Positions 1 to 9,457 of a stretch of 64,000 nt of DNA are shown in pieces; positions within the stretch are counted from its first letter, which is position 1; each line of letters begins with the position of its first letter. The notes under the pieces were generated by a model that was not told the DNA's origin, searched no databases, and saw only the letters and a program-made list of their open reading frames with translations. A program made the translations under genes and the position numbers. Source of the stretch: an uncultured Planctomycetales bacterium (lineage in GTDB: Bacteria; Omnitrophota; Gorgyraeia; Gygaellales; Profunditerraquicolaceae); the NCBI GenBank assembly GCA_964542785.1, contig CAZIUK010000001.1, positions 332,701 to 396,700 of the forward strand, written 5' to 3'.

Positions 1-558
1 CAGCGACCGAGTGCCACGTTTGAGCCGTTTGTTGAAAAAATGCTCAGAGCTATTTCAGCGGCTCTCGGATTGCCTTACGAACTTGTCGCAAAAGATTTTT
101 CAAAGACAAATTATTCCAGCGCAAGAGCGGCTCTCTTGGAAGCTCGCAGATATTTTAAGGTTCGTCAGGAGTGGCTCGCACGGAAATTATGCCAGCCGGT
201 CTGGGATATGGTTCTCGAGGAAGCGTATTTGCGTGGGGATCTCGGGGCGATTCCTTTTTATGAGAAAAGGCAGAACTGGGTTAACGCTTCATGGATAACC
301 CCGGGATGGGAATGGGTTGATCCGCTTAAAGAAGCTAAAGCCGCAGAAGTCGGAATTAAAAATGGGATCGTTACCTACTCAGACCTCTTTTCGGCTCAAG
401 GCAAAGACTGGGAGGAATGTTTTGAACAAAGAAAACGTGAAGAAGAAAAAATCAAAGAACTCGGACTCGAAAAAGTTGTGCAAGAAGATGCAGGTACAAG
501 TGATGGTGACAACGCAGATGAGGACGGCACAGAACCTAACAATCGAAGTGAGGAGTAA
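1..558 (+). CDS. Phage portal protein (lambda gpB family), C-terminal fragment; the ORF is open to the window start
   Basis: The reading frame is open from nucleotide 1. The C-terminal sequence (WITPGWEWVDPLKEAKA...) followed by an acidic tail is typical of lambda-family portal proteins. A protease/scaffold gene follows directly. Confidence 0.65.
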   Translation, partial: QRPSATFEPFVEKMLRAISAALGLPYELVAKDFSKTNYSSARAALLEARRYFKVRQEWLARKLCQPVWDMVLEEAYLRGDLGAIPFYEKRQNWVNASWITPGWEWVDPLKEAKAAEVGIKNGIVTYSDLFSAQGKDWEECFEQRKREEEKIKELGLEKVVQEDAGTSDGDNADEDGTEPNNRSEE

Positions 559-1632
559 ATGATGAAGAAAGACTTTTTTAGAACAGATATCGCTCGTGCC
601 GGCGATGTCAAGATTGATAAGGAAAACGCAGTCATTCATGGATTCGCAGTTGTGACCAAGGGCATGACGAAAGACTCACGTGGTGAGTTTGACGATCAGG
701 CACTGGATATGGTTGTTGATCTCGGGAATAAATCAAAGGTGGGCATTAAGTCCCGATTTGGTCATCCCAACATGAGCAGTACGGCGTTAGGTACGTTTTT
801 AGGCAGAGTACGCAATTTCAGGCGTGACAGCGATATCGTCAGGGCTGATTTGCATGTGGACAAGACCGCTTTTGACACCCCGGACGGCGACTTGGCTGGT
901 TACGTGATGAAACTTGCCGAGAGCGATCCTGAAATGTTCGGAGCGTCAATGGTTATCCACTGGGATGAGGAGCCACGAGAAGAATTGGATGCGGACGGAA
1001 ACGAACTACCGCCGTTCATCCGTGTTCAGAAACTTCTCTCGGTTGATGTCGTGGATGATCCAGCGGCCAATAACGGTTTTTTCGGAAGCATGTTTTTTAC
1101 TGACAGCGTGTTGCCGTCGTCCGAAATGACAACGTTCTTGGATAAATTCCTGAACAATCCTGATGCGGTAGAAAAAACAATCGGGTTTTTAAATAGATAT
1201 CGGATCAATAAGGACATGTTTCAAAAAAAGATAAAGGAGGAACATATCATGTCAGATTTAACATTGGAACAATTGAAAACCGAGAGAAAGGATCTTTTTG
1301 ATTCGATCTTTCAGGAAGGAAGTGCTTCCGGAGTTCAGCAGGAGCGGGATCGGGCAGTTTCGATTCTAAAAAAAGCGCAGGCGTTTGAAGGTTTAAACGA
1401 TATGGCTTTGGAAGCTGTTGAGCAAGGGATCACTTTGGATCAGGCGGTTATTAACTTCCAGCAGAAACGGCTAGACGATCTGGACAATGCTTCAGCTCCG
1501 AAAGTCGGGCCTGATGGCGAGGATGAGCCGAAGAAGAAGTTAACTCATCTTGAAAGAGCGAAAGCCTTTCAGAGAGAGCATGGCGGAAGCATAACCGATG
1601 CGTTAAAAGCAACCGCAAAACAGGACGCTTAA
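559..1632 (+). CDS. Prohead protease / scaffolding protein (protease N-domain with coiled-coil scaffold-like C-terminus)
   Basis: It sits between the portal and capsid genes. An RBS-like GGAG precedes the start. The C-terminal half is charged, helical and scaffold-like; the N-terminal domain resembles a caudovirus prohead protease. Confidence 0.55.
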   Translation: MMKKDFFRTDIARAGDVKIDKENAVIHGFAVVTKGMTKDSRGEFDDQALDMVVDLGNKSKVGIKSRFGHPNMSSTALGTFLGRVRNFRRDSDIVRADLHVDKTAFDTPDGDLAGYVMKLAESDPEMFGASMVIHWDEEPREELDADGNELPPFIRVQKLLSVDVVDDPAANNGFFGSMFFTDSVLPSSEMTTFLDKFLNNPDAVEKTIGFLNRYRINKDMFQKKIKEEHIMSDLTLEQLKTERKDLFDSIFQEGSASGVQQERDRAVSILKKAQAFEGLNDMALEAVEQGITLDQAVINFQQKRLDDLDNASAPKVGPDGEDEPKKKLTHLERAKAFQREHGGSITDALKATAKQDA

Positions 1633-1650
1633 AGAAAAAGGAGGAGCAAA

Positions 1651-2004
1651 ATGTCACAGTTTAACATTGGATCAAAAGCATTTGTTGCAGGAGAAGATTT
1701 AGAGGCTTACCGCAGGGTGAAGCTATCAGCCGGTAGCGGATCTCAGGTTGAGTATGCTGACGCCGGAGAAGATTTTATCGGTATAACAGCCGCTAAAGCC
1801 AGTCTGGGCGAGCATATAACGGTTGATTTGAAAACACGGGGACGCACGTTCAAGGTTGTTGCCCTTGATGCGATCAGCGCCGGTGGAGATTTTTACGGAG
1901 CGGATGACGGAAAAGTTTCTGCGGTTGTGAGCGGATCGGTTCAGGGAAAAGTCTTGGAAGCATCAGCGGACGATTTGGAAGTCGTCGAAGTGTTAGTCGC
2001 CTAA
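1651..2004 (+). CDS. Head decoration-like protein (DUF2190-type)
   Basis: A 117-aa Gly/Ala/Val-rich protein immediately upstream of the major capsid gene. The RBS is AAAGGAGGAG. Its size and composition match DUF2190 decoration proteins. Confidence 0.5.
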   Translation: MSQFNIGSKAFVAGEDLEAYRRVKLSAGSGSQVEYADAGEDFIGITAAKASLGEHITVDLKTRGRTFKVVALDAISAGGDFYGADDGKVSAVVSGSVQGKVLEASADDLEVVEVLVA

Positions 2005-2026
2005 ACAATTAAAGGAGGAAAGTAAA

Positions 2027-2983
2027 ATGCCAGACTATCAAGGAACAAGAGCAGTGCCGAGACTGGAGCTTGGGGAAGCGGCTTTGGAGTTTATCCAGAA
2101 TGCGGATGAATTTATCGGTACACGTGTGCTTCCTATTTTTAGAACTATGAAAAAAGCGAGCATTTTCCCTGCTATCACCAGAGAAAGTATTACCCGGGAA
2201 GCGGACACCAAACGTGCTCCGAGAGGTAACTACAACAGGGATTCGTTTCAGGCAAAAGACCGCCAGTACAACTGCGAGGAACACGGTCTTGAAGGGCCTC
2301 TGGATGATTCCGAGCGTGAGATGTATGCATCTGACTTTGATTCAGAGCTTACAACCGTTCAGATAATCACCCGCAGGGTTCTTCAGGCGCAGGAGAAAAG
2401 GATCGCATCAGCAGTGTTTGATACGGCTACCTTTTCAGGTTCCAACCTGTACACGGATTATTCAGCCGCACCTTGGGACAATAAGTCTTCAGAGGTTATT
2501 GAACAGGTACGTGAAGTCCGTGAAAAGGTCAGGAAAAACTGCGGTATGGATCCTCAAACGCTTGTCATCAGTAAAGCCAATCTCGATAGGCTGATCGCAA
2601 ACGACGGTATTAAGGGTGCGATCCAGTATGTCGCAAGATTGACCGAAGCGGAGCTGTTGAACGCACTAGCTGACATTTTAGGGATCAAAAAGATTCTTGT
2701 CGGCCGGGCGATTTACAACACCGCCAAGGAAGGCAAGGCGTTTCAGGGTGCGGATATCTGGAGCGATGATTACGCAATGCTTGCAGTGATCGGCGAAGGT
2801 CAAAAACTCTCTGACCCTACCATGGGCAGGACGTTTTTGTGGACTTCTGACAGCCCTGAGAACGCAACTGTTGAGCAGTACAGGGATGATTCCGCAAGAA
2901 GCGACATCTTCCGTGTGAGACAGCACGTCGATGAAATGATCATCGATCCGTACTTTGCTCATTTGATGAAAGTTGATGCTTAA
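2027..2983 (+). CDS. Major capsid protein (lambda gpE family)
   Basis: 318 aa. The RBS is AAAGGAGGAAAG. Its position after the protease and decoration genes and its N-terminal sequence are typical of phage major capsid protein E family. A hairpin plus T-run follows at about 2990-3030. Confidence 0.75.
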   Translation: MPDYQGTRAVPRLELGEAALEFIQNADEFIGTRVLPIFRTMKKASIFPAITRESITREADTKRAPRGNYNRDSFQAKDRQYNCEEHGLEGPLDDSEREMYASDFDSELTTVQIITRRVLQAQEKRIASAVFDTATFSGSNLYTDYSAAPWDNKSSEVIEQVREVREKVRKNCGMDPQTLVISKANLDRLIANDGIKGAIQYVARLTEAELLNALADILGIKKILVGRAIYNTAKEGKAFQGADIWSDDYAMLAVIGEGQKLSDPTMGRTFLWTSDSPENATVEQYRDDSARSDIFRVRQHVDEMIIDPYFAHLMKVDA

Positions 2984-3030
2984 TCTGTCAGGGGGGCTTT
3001 TAGCTCCCCTGCACAACTTGGGGTTTTTAT

Positions 3031-3399
3031 ATGCAGGAGAATTGCGTAACAAAAGAGGTCTGTAAAGAAAAGCATGACGCTTCAGGACGTGAGTTCAAAA
3101 CGGTTAAAGAGCAGTTAAAAGAACACGAAGAAAAACTGAGGGAAGCTGATATCCGTTTCGCAGAGCTTTCTGGTGATGTGAAGCATATCAAAGACCGCAT
3201 TGATAACGGATTATCAACGACTATTGTCCAGATAAAAGAAAAAATGGACGAGTTTATTCCTCTGGTGCGGGACAGTTCTGAATGGGCTGGACGGTTTAAG
3301 CAGGCGGTGTTCTTTATTGCTGTGATCAGTTTTGGCGGTGGTCTTGTAAGCCTTGCTTTTCACTTTGCGGCTCTCTTGGCTGAGAAGGTGGTCAAATGA
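3031..3399 (+). CDS. Hypothetical phage protein, coiled-coil with a C-terminal transmembrane segment (gpFI position)
   Basis: 122 aa. A charged helical N-terminus is followed by a C-terminal hydrophobic helix (FFIAVISFGGGLVSLAFHFAALL). Confidence 0.35.
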   Translation: MQENCVTKEVCKEKHDASGREFKTVKEQLKEHEEKLREADIRFAELSGDVKHIKDRIDNGLSTTIVQIKEKMDEFIPLVRDSSEWAGRFKQAVFFIAVISFGGGLVSLAFHFAALLAEKVVK

Positions 3400-3740
3400 C
3401 TTTAAAAGGACAGATGGCACAGGACGGTCACGGAGTGTTCTTAAACACTGATGAATTCGCCGAGGAAATCACATATACCGCAGAGGGTGTCGGTTCAAGA
3501 GTGATCAGGGCGATCGTTGTCAGGTATGAGCTTGCTCCGGCTGAAGAAAACATCAACCGTTCATTGAAAAAACAAGCGGAAGTCTATATCGCCAACGACG
3601 CCGTTGAAGGTGTTACGCAAATAAGCAAGAAGGACGATCGGATTACTTTGAAAGACACGGAAGGGTTCGATCGTGAGGCAAGAATAAACGATGTCTTAAA
3701 CCGTGATGAAGGCATGTGGCATTTACTCGTGGGGTGGTAA
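3396..3740 (+). CDS. Head-tail joining protein (gpFII position)
   Basis: 114 aa. Its start overlaps the stop of the upstream gene (ATGA). Assigned by position in the synteny. Confidence 0.4.
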   Translation: MTLKGQMAQDGHGVFLNTDEFAEEITYTAEGVGSRVIRAIVVRYELAPAEENINRSLKKQAEVYIANDAVEGVTQISKKDDRITLKDTEGFDREARINDVLNRDEGMWHLLVGW

Positions 3741-4348
3741 TGGTTCAGTTAACGACAGAGATAGATAAACGTGCGCTTGACCGGGCAATAAAGATTGCCC
3801 CGAGAGTCTTGAAGTTCGAGTTAGCCGACGGCATGGATCGTATCGGTAAAGGATTCTTGAAGCGGTTCAGGCAACAGCAGTTGCAGGGCCCTCCGGGTGT
3901 GCGTGGGGCTTCAGGTCACGGTTTATTCGGCACGTTTAAGCGGGTGTTTTTCGTATCTCCCACTATCGAAGGAATGGGAATCGAGATATTTTCTGATTCC
4001 AAGATAGCAAAACTTCACGAGACCGGCGGGACTGTTACGGATCCCGGCGGTGGCAGGCTTGCGGTTCCGCTGTCAGCACGCAAGCAGATGTTTACCGCAA
4101 GGGGCAAGCTTCGGAGCCGGTATAAACAGCCGAGGGCTTTAAAGAATGTTAAGCGTATGAGGTTTAAGGGCAAAACTTTTCTCGCACGGGTCACTAAACG
4201 TGCCCAGAAGATTTTACCCCTTTATGTCCTCAAACGGCAGGTTCGGATTCCACCACGTCTGGGATTTTACAGGACTTGGGACGATCTTGGTGATTACAGG
4301 ATTAACATCCTGAATAATTCAATAGATAAAGCATTGAGGAAGATTTAA
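3740..4348 (+). CDS. Phage tail/virion morphogenesis protein (gpZ position); the ORF track starts it at 3716, but the likely start is 3740 (TAATG overlap)
   Basis: About 203 aa. Assigned by position and size. Confidence 0.4.
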   Translation: MVQLTTEIDKRALDRAIKIAPRVLKFELADGMDRIGKGFLKRFRQQQLQGPPGVRGASGHGLFGTFKRVFFVSPTIEGMGIEIFSDSKIAKLHETGGTVTDPGGGRLAVPLSARKQMFTARGKLRSRYKQPRALKNVKRMRFKGKTFLARVTKRAQKILPLYVLKRQVRIPPRLGFYRTWDDLGDYRINILNNSIDKALRKI

Positions 4349-4815
4349 TGGAAACAGTAAGAGAACGAATTTTACAGAATATTAAGGCGACCATTGAGGG
4401 CGTTACTATCGCCAATGGGTATAACTTTGATTTCACCCCCGGGACTGTCCAGCGGTGGTCAATGCACGGCAACCGCATGGTTGATATGCCTATGGTTGTC
4501 ATCAGTCCGGGAGATGAGGACGAATCAAGTTCGCCTCATCCTTATGAAGAATGTCTGCTGTCGGTATACCTCGATATTTTTTACGTTAATGATGAGAATG
4601 ACCCTGTGCCGACGGATACATATTTAAATAGATTACAGGGAGATATTAAAAAAGCAGTTTTACAGGATACCACTCGTGGCGGTGAAGCGATCGATACCGA
4701 TGTTCTTGGGACAACGCCGTTTGAGACGACCGAGGCTCAACCGTATGCGGGGATAATCATGGAGATCAGGGTTCGTTACCGCCATTTGCAGACGGATCCA
4801 ACTGCCAAAAATTAA
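4348..4815 (+). CDS. Tail terminator-like protein (gpU position)
   Basis: 155 aa. It overlaps the stop of the upstream gene (TAATG). Confidence 0.4.
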   Translation: METVRERILQNIKATIEGVTIANGYNFDFTPGTVQRWSMHGNRMVDMPMVVISPGDEDESSSPHPYEECLLSVYLDIFYVNDENDPVPTDTYLNRLQGDIKKAVLQDTTRGGEAIDTDVLGTTPFETTEAQPYAGIIMEIRVRYRHLQTDPTAKN

Positions 4816-4827
4816 AGGAGGACGCAT

Positions 4828-5979
4828 ATGTCAATGCTTGTAAGAAAACGACAGCTTGCGGCTAAGATCGAATCAGTTGAAGGCGTTGCCGAAACACTTG
4901 CGGCTATTGACGCCGGAATACTGGTCAATTTTTCGCCTAAAGCAAATTACGATCCGCAGATGTACCAGCGGGATCCGGTCAGGGCTTCACTTACGAAGAT
5001 GGGCAAGCTCGCAGGGAAACGTTCTGCCGGAATAGATTTTAGTATTGAGCTTAAAGGTTCGGGTTCTCTATCACAGGAGCCTGAATGGGCAGACCTTGTC
5101 AGGGCATGTGGGTTTGCTGTTACCGCTTTAAAGAAGATTGCTATCGGGGCGATTACGGACGGACCCTACCAGCATGGAGAGACCGTTACAGGTGACGGTT
5201 CCGGTGCTACCGGCAGGGTTGTTATCTCAACCTACACGGGAGCATCTGTTCTCTACATCGTGCCGGTCACAGGTACGCTTCAAAGTGGTGATTTACTTAC
5301 CGGCGGGACTTCCGGAGCGACATCAACCGCTTCCGGCGATCCTGAAGAAGCTGGATTTGAGGTCAAGCCGATCAGCAGTTCAATCCTTTCCTTAACTATG
5401 GGGCTTTTTGAGGACGGCGTGCGTAAGGTTATCAGAGGGTGCCGTGGGACTGTCAAATTCAGCTTTAAGATCGGCGAACCGGCAATGCTTGATTTCAGTT
5501 TCAAAGGTGTTGAGTCAGGTGTTGCGGATATCCCTATGCTTTCAGGGGTAACTTTTGACGCAACGGTACCGCCTGTTCTTTTAAACGCAACTATGTCATG
5601 TGACGGCGTTTCGTTAAATATCGGTGAGCTTGAGATTGATGTCGCCAATACGCTTGCTTCAAAAGACAAAATTGACGACGCAAAAGGTGTTCTGTCTTAC
5701 ATGATTACCGGAAGGGATATGCAGGGATCGTTCAATCCTGAAATGGTTCCTGTGGCAACTCATGACTTCTTCACGAAGTGGTTTAACAACACACCAATGG
5801 TTCTTGACCTTGCTTATGGCGAGTCTGATGGGAATAAATTCAGGTTCTATGCTCCGAGTATTATCTACAACAAGGTTGATGACGGAGACCGAGACGGTAT
5901 CCAGCTCGCTCAGACATCTTTTGATTTAACAGGTTCAATGGAACCCGGTGACGATGAACTGGCAATCTTACTAATTTAA
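4828..5979 (+). CDS. Major tail (tube) protein with a Gly/Thr/Ser-rich Ig-like insertion (gpV-like)
   Basis: 383 aa. The RBS is AAAGGAGGA. It sits immediately before the G/GT chaperone and tape-measure genes. The G/T/S-rich segment resembles the Ig-like decoration domain of lambda gpV. Confidence 0.5.
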   Translation: MSMLVRKRQLAAKIESVEGVAETLAAIDAGILVNFSPKANYDPQMYQRDPVRASLTKMGKLAGKRSAGIDFSIELKGSGSLSQEPEWADLVRACGFAVTALKKIAIGAITDGPYQHGETVTGDGSGATGRVVISTYTGASVLYIVPVTGTLQSGDLLTGGTSGATSTASGDPEEAGFEVKPISSSILSLTMGLFEDGVRKVIRGCRGTVKFSFKIGEPAMLDFSFKGVESGVADIPMLSGVTFDATVPPVLLNATMSCDGVSLNIGELEIDVANTLASKDKIDDAKGVLSYMITGRDMQGSFNPEMVPVATHDFFTKWFNNTPMVLDLAYGESDGNKFRFYAPSIIYNKVDDGDRDGIQLAQTSFDLTGSMEPGDDELAILLI

Positions 5980-5993
5980 ACAGGAGGTTTTAT

Positions 5994-6419
5994 ATGCTTA
6001 CAGGTATTGATATTAATTCGACAAGACAACATATTTCAAAACTCGATCCGGATAAGAACAATCCGACTGTATTCCATATCGGGTTGCTTGACCCTGTTCT
6101 GCGTGCCGAGGTTGATGATGAAAGCAGTTCTTATGAGATGAGTTCAACGAACCCGAATGACAAAGCCAAGGTCAGGCTTAACTGGAATAAACGCCAGATC
6201 ATGGCGATCAAGTTCGGGCTTAAGGGCATGGATAATTTTCTCGATCCGCAGACACGCAAGCCGATTGAGCTTAAGTTCGAGACTATCCATTACGCTGGCA
6301 AAATGCGGGATGTTGTTCCTGACCGTGTCATTGCTATGTTCCCGAATGAACTCAGGACTGAACTCTCAGAGGTTATTTTGAACGAGTCGAAACTCTCGGA
6401 GGACGAGCAAAAAAACTGA
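5994..6419 (+). CDS. Tail assembly chaperone G
   Basis: 141 aa (lambda gpG is 140 aa). It sits directly upstream of the tape measure gene. The slippery heptamer A_AAA_AAC ends exactly at the last sense codon. Confidence 0.65.
   Translation: MLTGIDINSTRQHISKLDPDKNNPTVFHIGLLDPVLRAEVDDESSSYEMSSTNPNDKAKVRLNWNKRQIMAIKFGLKGMDNFLDPQTRKPIELKFETIHYAGKMRDVVPDRVIAMFPNELRTELSEVILNESKLSEDEQKN
6410..6416 (+). promoter_or_regulatory. Programmed -1 ribosomal frameshift site (A_AAA_AAC) producing the G-T fusion
   Basis: The heptamer is in the X_XXY_YYZ register relative to the gene-G frame. The G stop (TGA, 6417-6419) follows immediately, and the -1 frame continues to 6745. Confidence 0.6.
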
Positions 6420-6433
6420 TACTGGCGGTTCAT

Positions 6434-6745
6434 TTGGGTGACCTCACCGTGAACTGCCATAGCTGTTTAGGCGGGAGAAAGATTAAATGTGAGTATGAAG
6501 TGCCGGGTCAGGAGATCTGGGAGCTTAACGGTCAGCAGTATAGAGGATGCCCTTTCAAAATCGTCAAACGTCAGTCGGCGAATTTTTTAAGGGCATTTCA
6601 GTTTTATAAGCAGGGTTATCTTCCCAACGCAGGCACTTGGCTGGATCAGCCAGCGAAATTGATTGACGCATTTGAGGTCATTGATAAAGCGCTTCAGTCT
6701 TTGGAGATTGAACGTGAAAAAAGAAGGAACCGGTTTAAGCGATGA
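6434..6745 (+). CDS. T segment of the tail assembly chaperone GT; read by -1 ribosomal frameshift from the G frame, not an independent gene
   Basis: The track ORF begins with TTG, not ATG, and has no RBS. The -1 frame is open from the slippery site at 6410-6416 through this ORF. Its stop overlaps the tape-measure start. Confidence 0.6.
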   Translation: MGDLTVNCHSCLGGRKIKCEYEVPGQEIWELNGQQYRGCPFKIVKRQSANFLRAFQFYKQGYLPNAGTWLDQPAKLIDAFEVIDKALQSLEIEREKRRNRFKR

Positions 6746-8511
6746 CAAATAAACAGTTATCAATAATTTTAAAGTTGCGGGATGAAGCCTCAAAACGTCT
6801 TGAAGGCGTTAAAGGCAATTTGCAGAGGTTTGCCAATTCTTGGAAGAAGAACTGGCTTGCGATTACCGCTTCTGTGACAGCGGCTATCATGGCTCTGCGC
6901 AAGGCGTGGGAGCTTATGGAGCTTGGTGCGAAAGTTGAACAGCAGAAGCAGGCTTTTGAGAATCTTGCATCCTCGGTCGGGATGAGTTCGGAGAAGATCA
7001 TAGCGGATCTTCGCAAGATGTCCGGTGAGACTATGTCGACCGCACAGATCATGGAAAAAGCCTCGCAGGCAATGATCTTGGGTATCGACCCTACCAAACT
7101 TGCCAAGATGATGGAAATTTCAAGAGCTTCTGCCCGGGCGTTCGGAAAAGACGTCGGGTATATGTTCGAGAGTATTGCTATTGGTGTCGGCCGTCAGTCA
7201 AAACTCATTCTCGACAATTTGGGGATCATTGTCAGTGCGGGAGACGCATACGAAAAGTATGCGAAATCCATCGGTAAATCCGCAAAAGAATTAACCGAGC
7301 ATGAACGCAAACAAGCCTTTTTGAACGCTACGCTGGAAGCTGGTGAGCGGATCTTGCAGATGATAGACACTTCCACGATGACCAAGCTGGAAAAGATGCA
7401 GAAGCTGAAGGCTCAGTGGGAAGATTTTGCGGTTAAGGTCGGAGAAGCCCTGTGGCATGTGTTCGGTTTTCTTCAGGCGTTTATGAATCATCTTGTGACC
7501 GGTATTTTTACCGTTCTTGAGTTCGGTTCAGCGGCTGTCAAAGGTTTCGTTCAGGGCATCACCAACGCACTGAACGGCCTTTTGAGTGTAGGGATTGAGT
7601 TTTTCCAGAAGCTGATGGTTCCGCTGATTAAGTTTTATGACCTGCTTGGAAAACTTCCCGGCAATATCGGTGAGACTTACCGGCAGGCTTCTTTAGAGGT
7701 CAAAAAGTTTTCAGACAGCCTTGAGGAGAAAAAGATCAAGTTTAATGTCAGCGGTCTTACTCAGGGGTTAGATCAGGCACGGCAAGCGTTCAAACTTGCG
7801 GCTGAAGAAAGCGCACGTGACGCTATTGAGCAGTACGATCTTGTGTTTGCGAAGGTTCAGGATACAGGCGTTAAGACGGCAAAGGTTTTAAGAGATGTCG
7901 CCGGGCAGATCGGCGAAGGTGCTAAAGAAGCGTCAAAACAGTTCAGCGCAATGGAAGAATTCGCAAAACAGTCAGCACGTAATATGCAGAACGCTTTTTC
8001 CGAGTTTTTCTTTAAGGCGTTTACCGGTGAGCTTCGAAGCGTCAAAGAAGTGTTTGCGGATTTCGGGCGTGCGGTCTTGCAGATGATTTCAAATATTCTG
8101 GCGAAGCTGTTGCTTATCAAGATGTTTACCGCAATGGCCGGATCAAGCGGTCAGATTTTCGGCGTTCCTGTCGGCTCTTTATTCCACCGTGGCGGGATGG
8201 TCAAAAAACATCAAGGCGGTTTGATAAGGGCTCACAACGGTCTTGCTCCGGATGAGGTTCCAATTATCGCACAGACCGGTGAAGGCGTGCTTTCCCGCAG
8301 AGGCATGGACGCTTTGGGCGGATCAGACAACCTTAGAGCGTTAAACCGTGGCGAAGGTATTGGCGGTGGCGTGACTATCAATGTGAATCAGGTTATTCAG
8401 GCTTGGGACGCTCAGGACGTGTGGCGTAACCGCAGGATGCTTTCAAACGCTATTGCAGATGACATTTATAACAACGGAAAAATAAGGTCAGTTATCAGGA
8501 ATTACGCATGA
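6742..8511 (+). CDS. Tail tape measure protein
   Basis: 589 aa. It is highly alpha-helical with a hydrophobic central segment. Its position after the G/GT genes is conserved. Confidence 0.75.
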   Translation: MTNKQLSIILKLRDEASKRLEGVKGNLQRFANSWKKNWLAITASVTAAIMALRKAWELMELGAKVEQQKQAFENLASSVGMSSEKIIADLRKMSGETMSTAQIMEKASQAMILGIDPTKLAKMMEISRASARAFGKDVGYMFESIAIGVGRQSKLILDNLGIIVSAGDAYEKYAKSIGKSAKELTEHERKQAFLNATLEAGERILQMIDTSTMTKLEKMQKLKAQWEDFAVKVGEALWHVFGFLQAFMNHLVTGIFTVLEFGSAAVKGFVQGITNALNGLLSVGIEFFQKLMVPLIKFYDLLGKLPGNIGETYRQASLEVKKFSDSLEEKKIKFNVSGLTQGLDQARQAFKLAAEESARDAIEQYDLVFAKVQDTGVKTAKVLRDVAGQIGEGAKEASKQFSAMEEFAKQSARNMQNAFSEFFFKAFTGELRSVKEVFADFGRAVLQMISNILAKLLLIKMFTAMAGSSGQIFGVPVGSLFHRGGMVKKHQGGLIRAHNGLAPDEVPIIAQTGEGVLSRRGMDALGGSDNLRALNRGEGIGGGVTINVNQVIQAWDAQDVWRNRRMLSNAIADDIYNNGKIRSVIRNYA

Positions 8512-8846
8512 GTGAATTTACAAGTTTACCGGATTTTGTTTTTGAAGAAACGCTTGAGTACAAAACTCTTGTTTCAGAGTTTGACAACGGCGTTGAACAG
8601 AGACGGCGTAAATGGGAAAACCCCATACGTAAGTGGAGGCTCAGGTTTAAAAACCGCACTAAAGCTGATATGCAGACGGTGCGTGACTTCTTTGCCGGCA
8701 AGTATGGATCGTTCACGGCGTTCACATGGACGAATCCAAACGATTCAGTTGAGTACACTGTCAGGTTTTCTGGCGATAGTTTTAAATTTACGATGAAGGC
8801 TCACGAAGTCTATGACTTTGAGTTTGATTTGATTGAGGTGAAGTAA
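8508..8846 (+). CDS. Minor tail protein (gpM-like)
   Basis: 112 aa (lambda gpM is 109 aa). An ATGA overlap joins it to the tape measure gene. Confidence 0.55.
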   Translation: MSEFTSLPDFVFEETLEYKTLVSEFDNGVEQRRRKWENPIRKWRLRFKNRTKADMQTVRDFFAGKYGSFTAFTWTNPNDSVEYTVRFSGDSFKFTMKAHEVYDFEFDLIEVK

Positions 8847-9457
8847 TGCCGAGAGACGTTAACGCAACATTTAAAGCCGAGAAAGCTAAAAAGGAAAATG
8901 CCCCGATATTCCTCTACGTTCTGAAGGAATACAACGGAGCCGATGACCTTAACTTTGCCGGGTTCGATCAGGATGTAACTTTTGCCGGAACTGTTTACAC
9001 AAGGTTCCCTATCAAACACGAGTTTGTTGCGGAAAATAATCAGGGTCAGATCGATCAGGTGAAAATCACGCTGGCGAATGTTTCAAGGCTTATTGAGCTT
9101 TACCTCGAGCAGTATGACTTTCGTGGCAAGAAGGTCATTATCAGAACGGTTTGGGCGGATCAATTATCTGATCCCGATGCGTATATAGATGACGTTTTTT
9201 ATATTGATAATTACACGGCGGATCAGAGCAATGTCGAGTTTACGCTTACCGGAAAGTTTGACGTACTGGGAGTTGATTTACCGGCTCGCAGATACGCAAG
9301 GAATTATTGTGTGTGGAAATTTAAATCCGCAGAGTGCGGATACGCAGGAGCAGAATTAACATGCGACAAAACACAACAGAGATGCAAACAGTTGGAGAAT
9401 TACCAGAGGTTTGGCGGTTTCCCTTCGGTGCCGACACGACGGATTTACATCATGTAG
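8846..9457 (+). CDS. Minor tail protein L-like with a C-terminal Cys cluster
   Basis: 203 aa. The C-terminus (CVWKF..CGYAG..C..RC...RFGGFP) resembles the Fe-S-binding end of lambda gpL. Confidence 0.6.
   Translation: MPRDVNATFKAEKAKKENAPIFLYVLKEYNGADDLNFAGFDQDVTFAGTVYTRFPIKHEFVAENNQGQIDQVKITLANVSRLIELYLEQYDFRGKKVIIRTVWADQLSDPDAYIDDVFYIDNYTADQSNVEFTLTGKFDVLGVDLPARRYARNYCVWKFKSAECGYAGAELTCDKTQQRCKQLENYQRFGGFPSVPTRRIYIM

Noticed and set aside
6434-6745. Independent small Cys-containing gene between the chaperone G and tape measure genes
   Set aside because: It starts with TTG, has no RBS, and lies in the -1 frame downstream of a canonical slippery site, so the G-T frameshift product explains it better.
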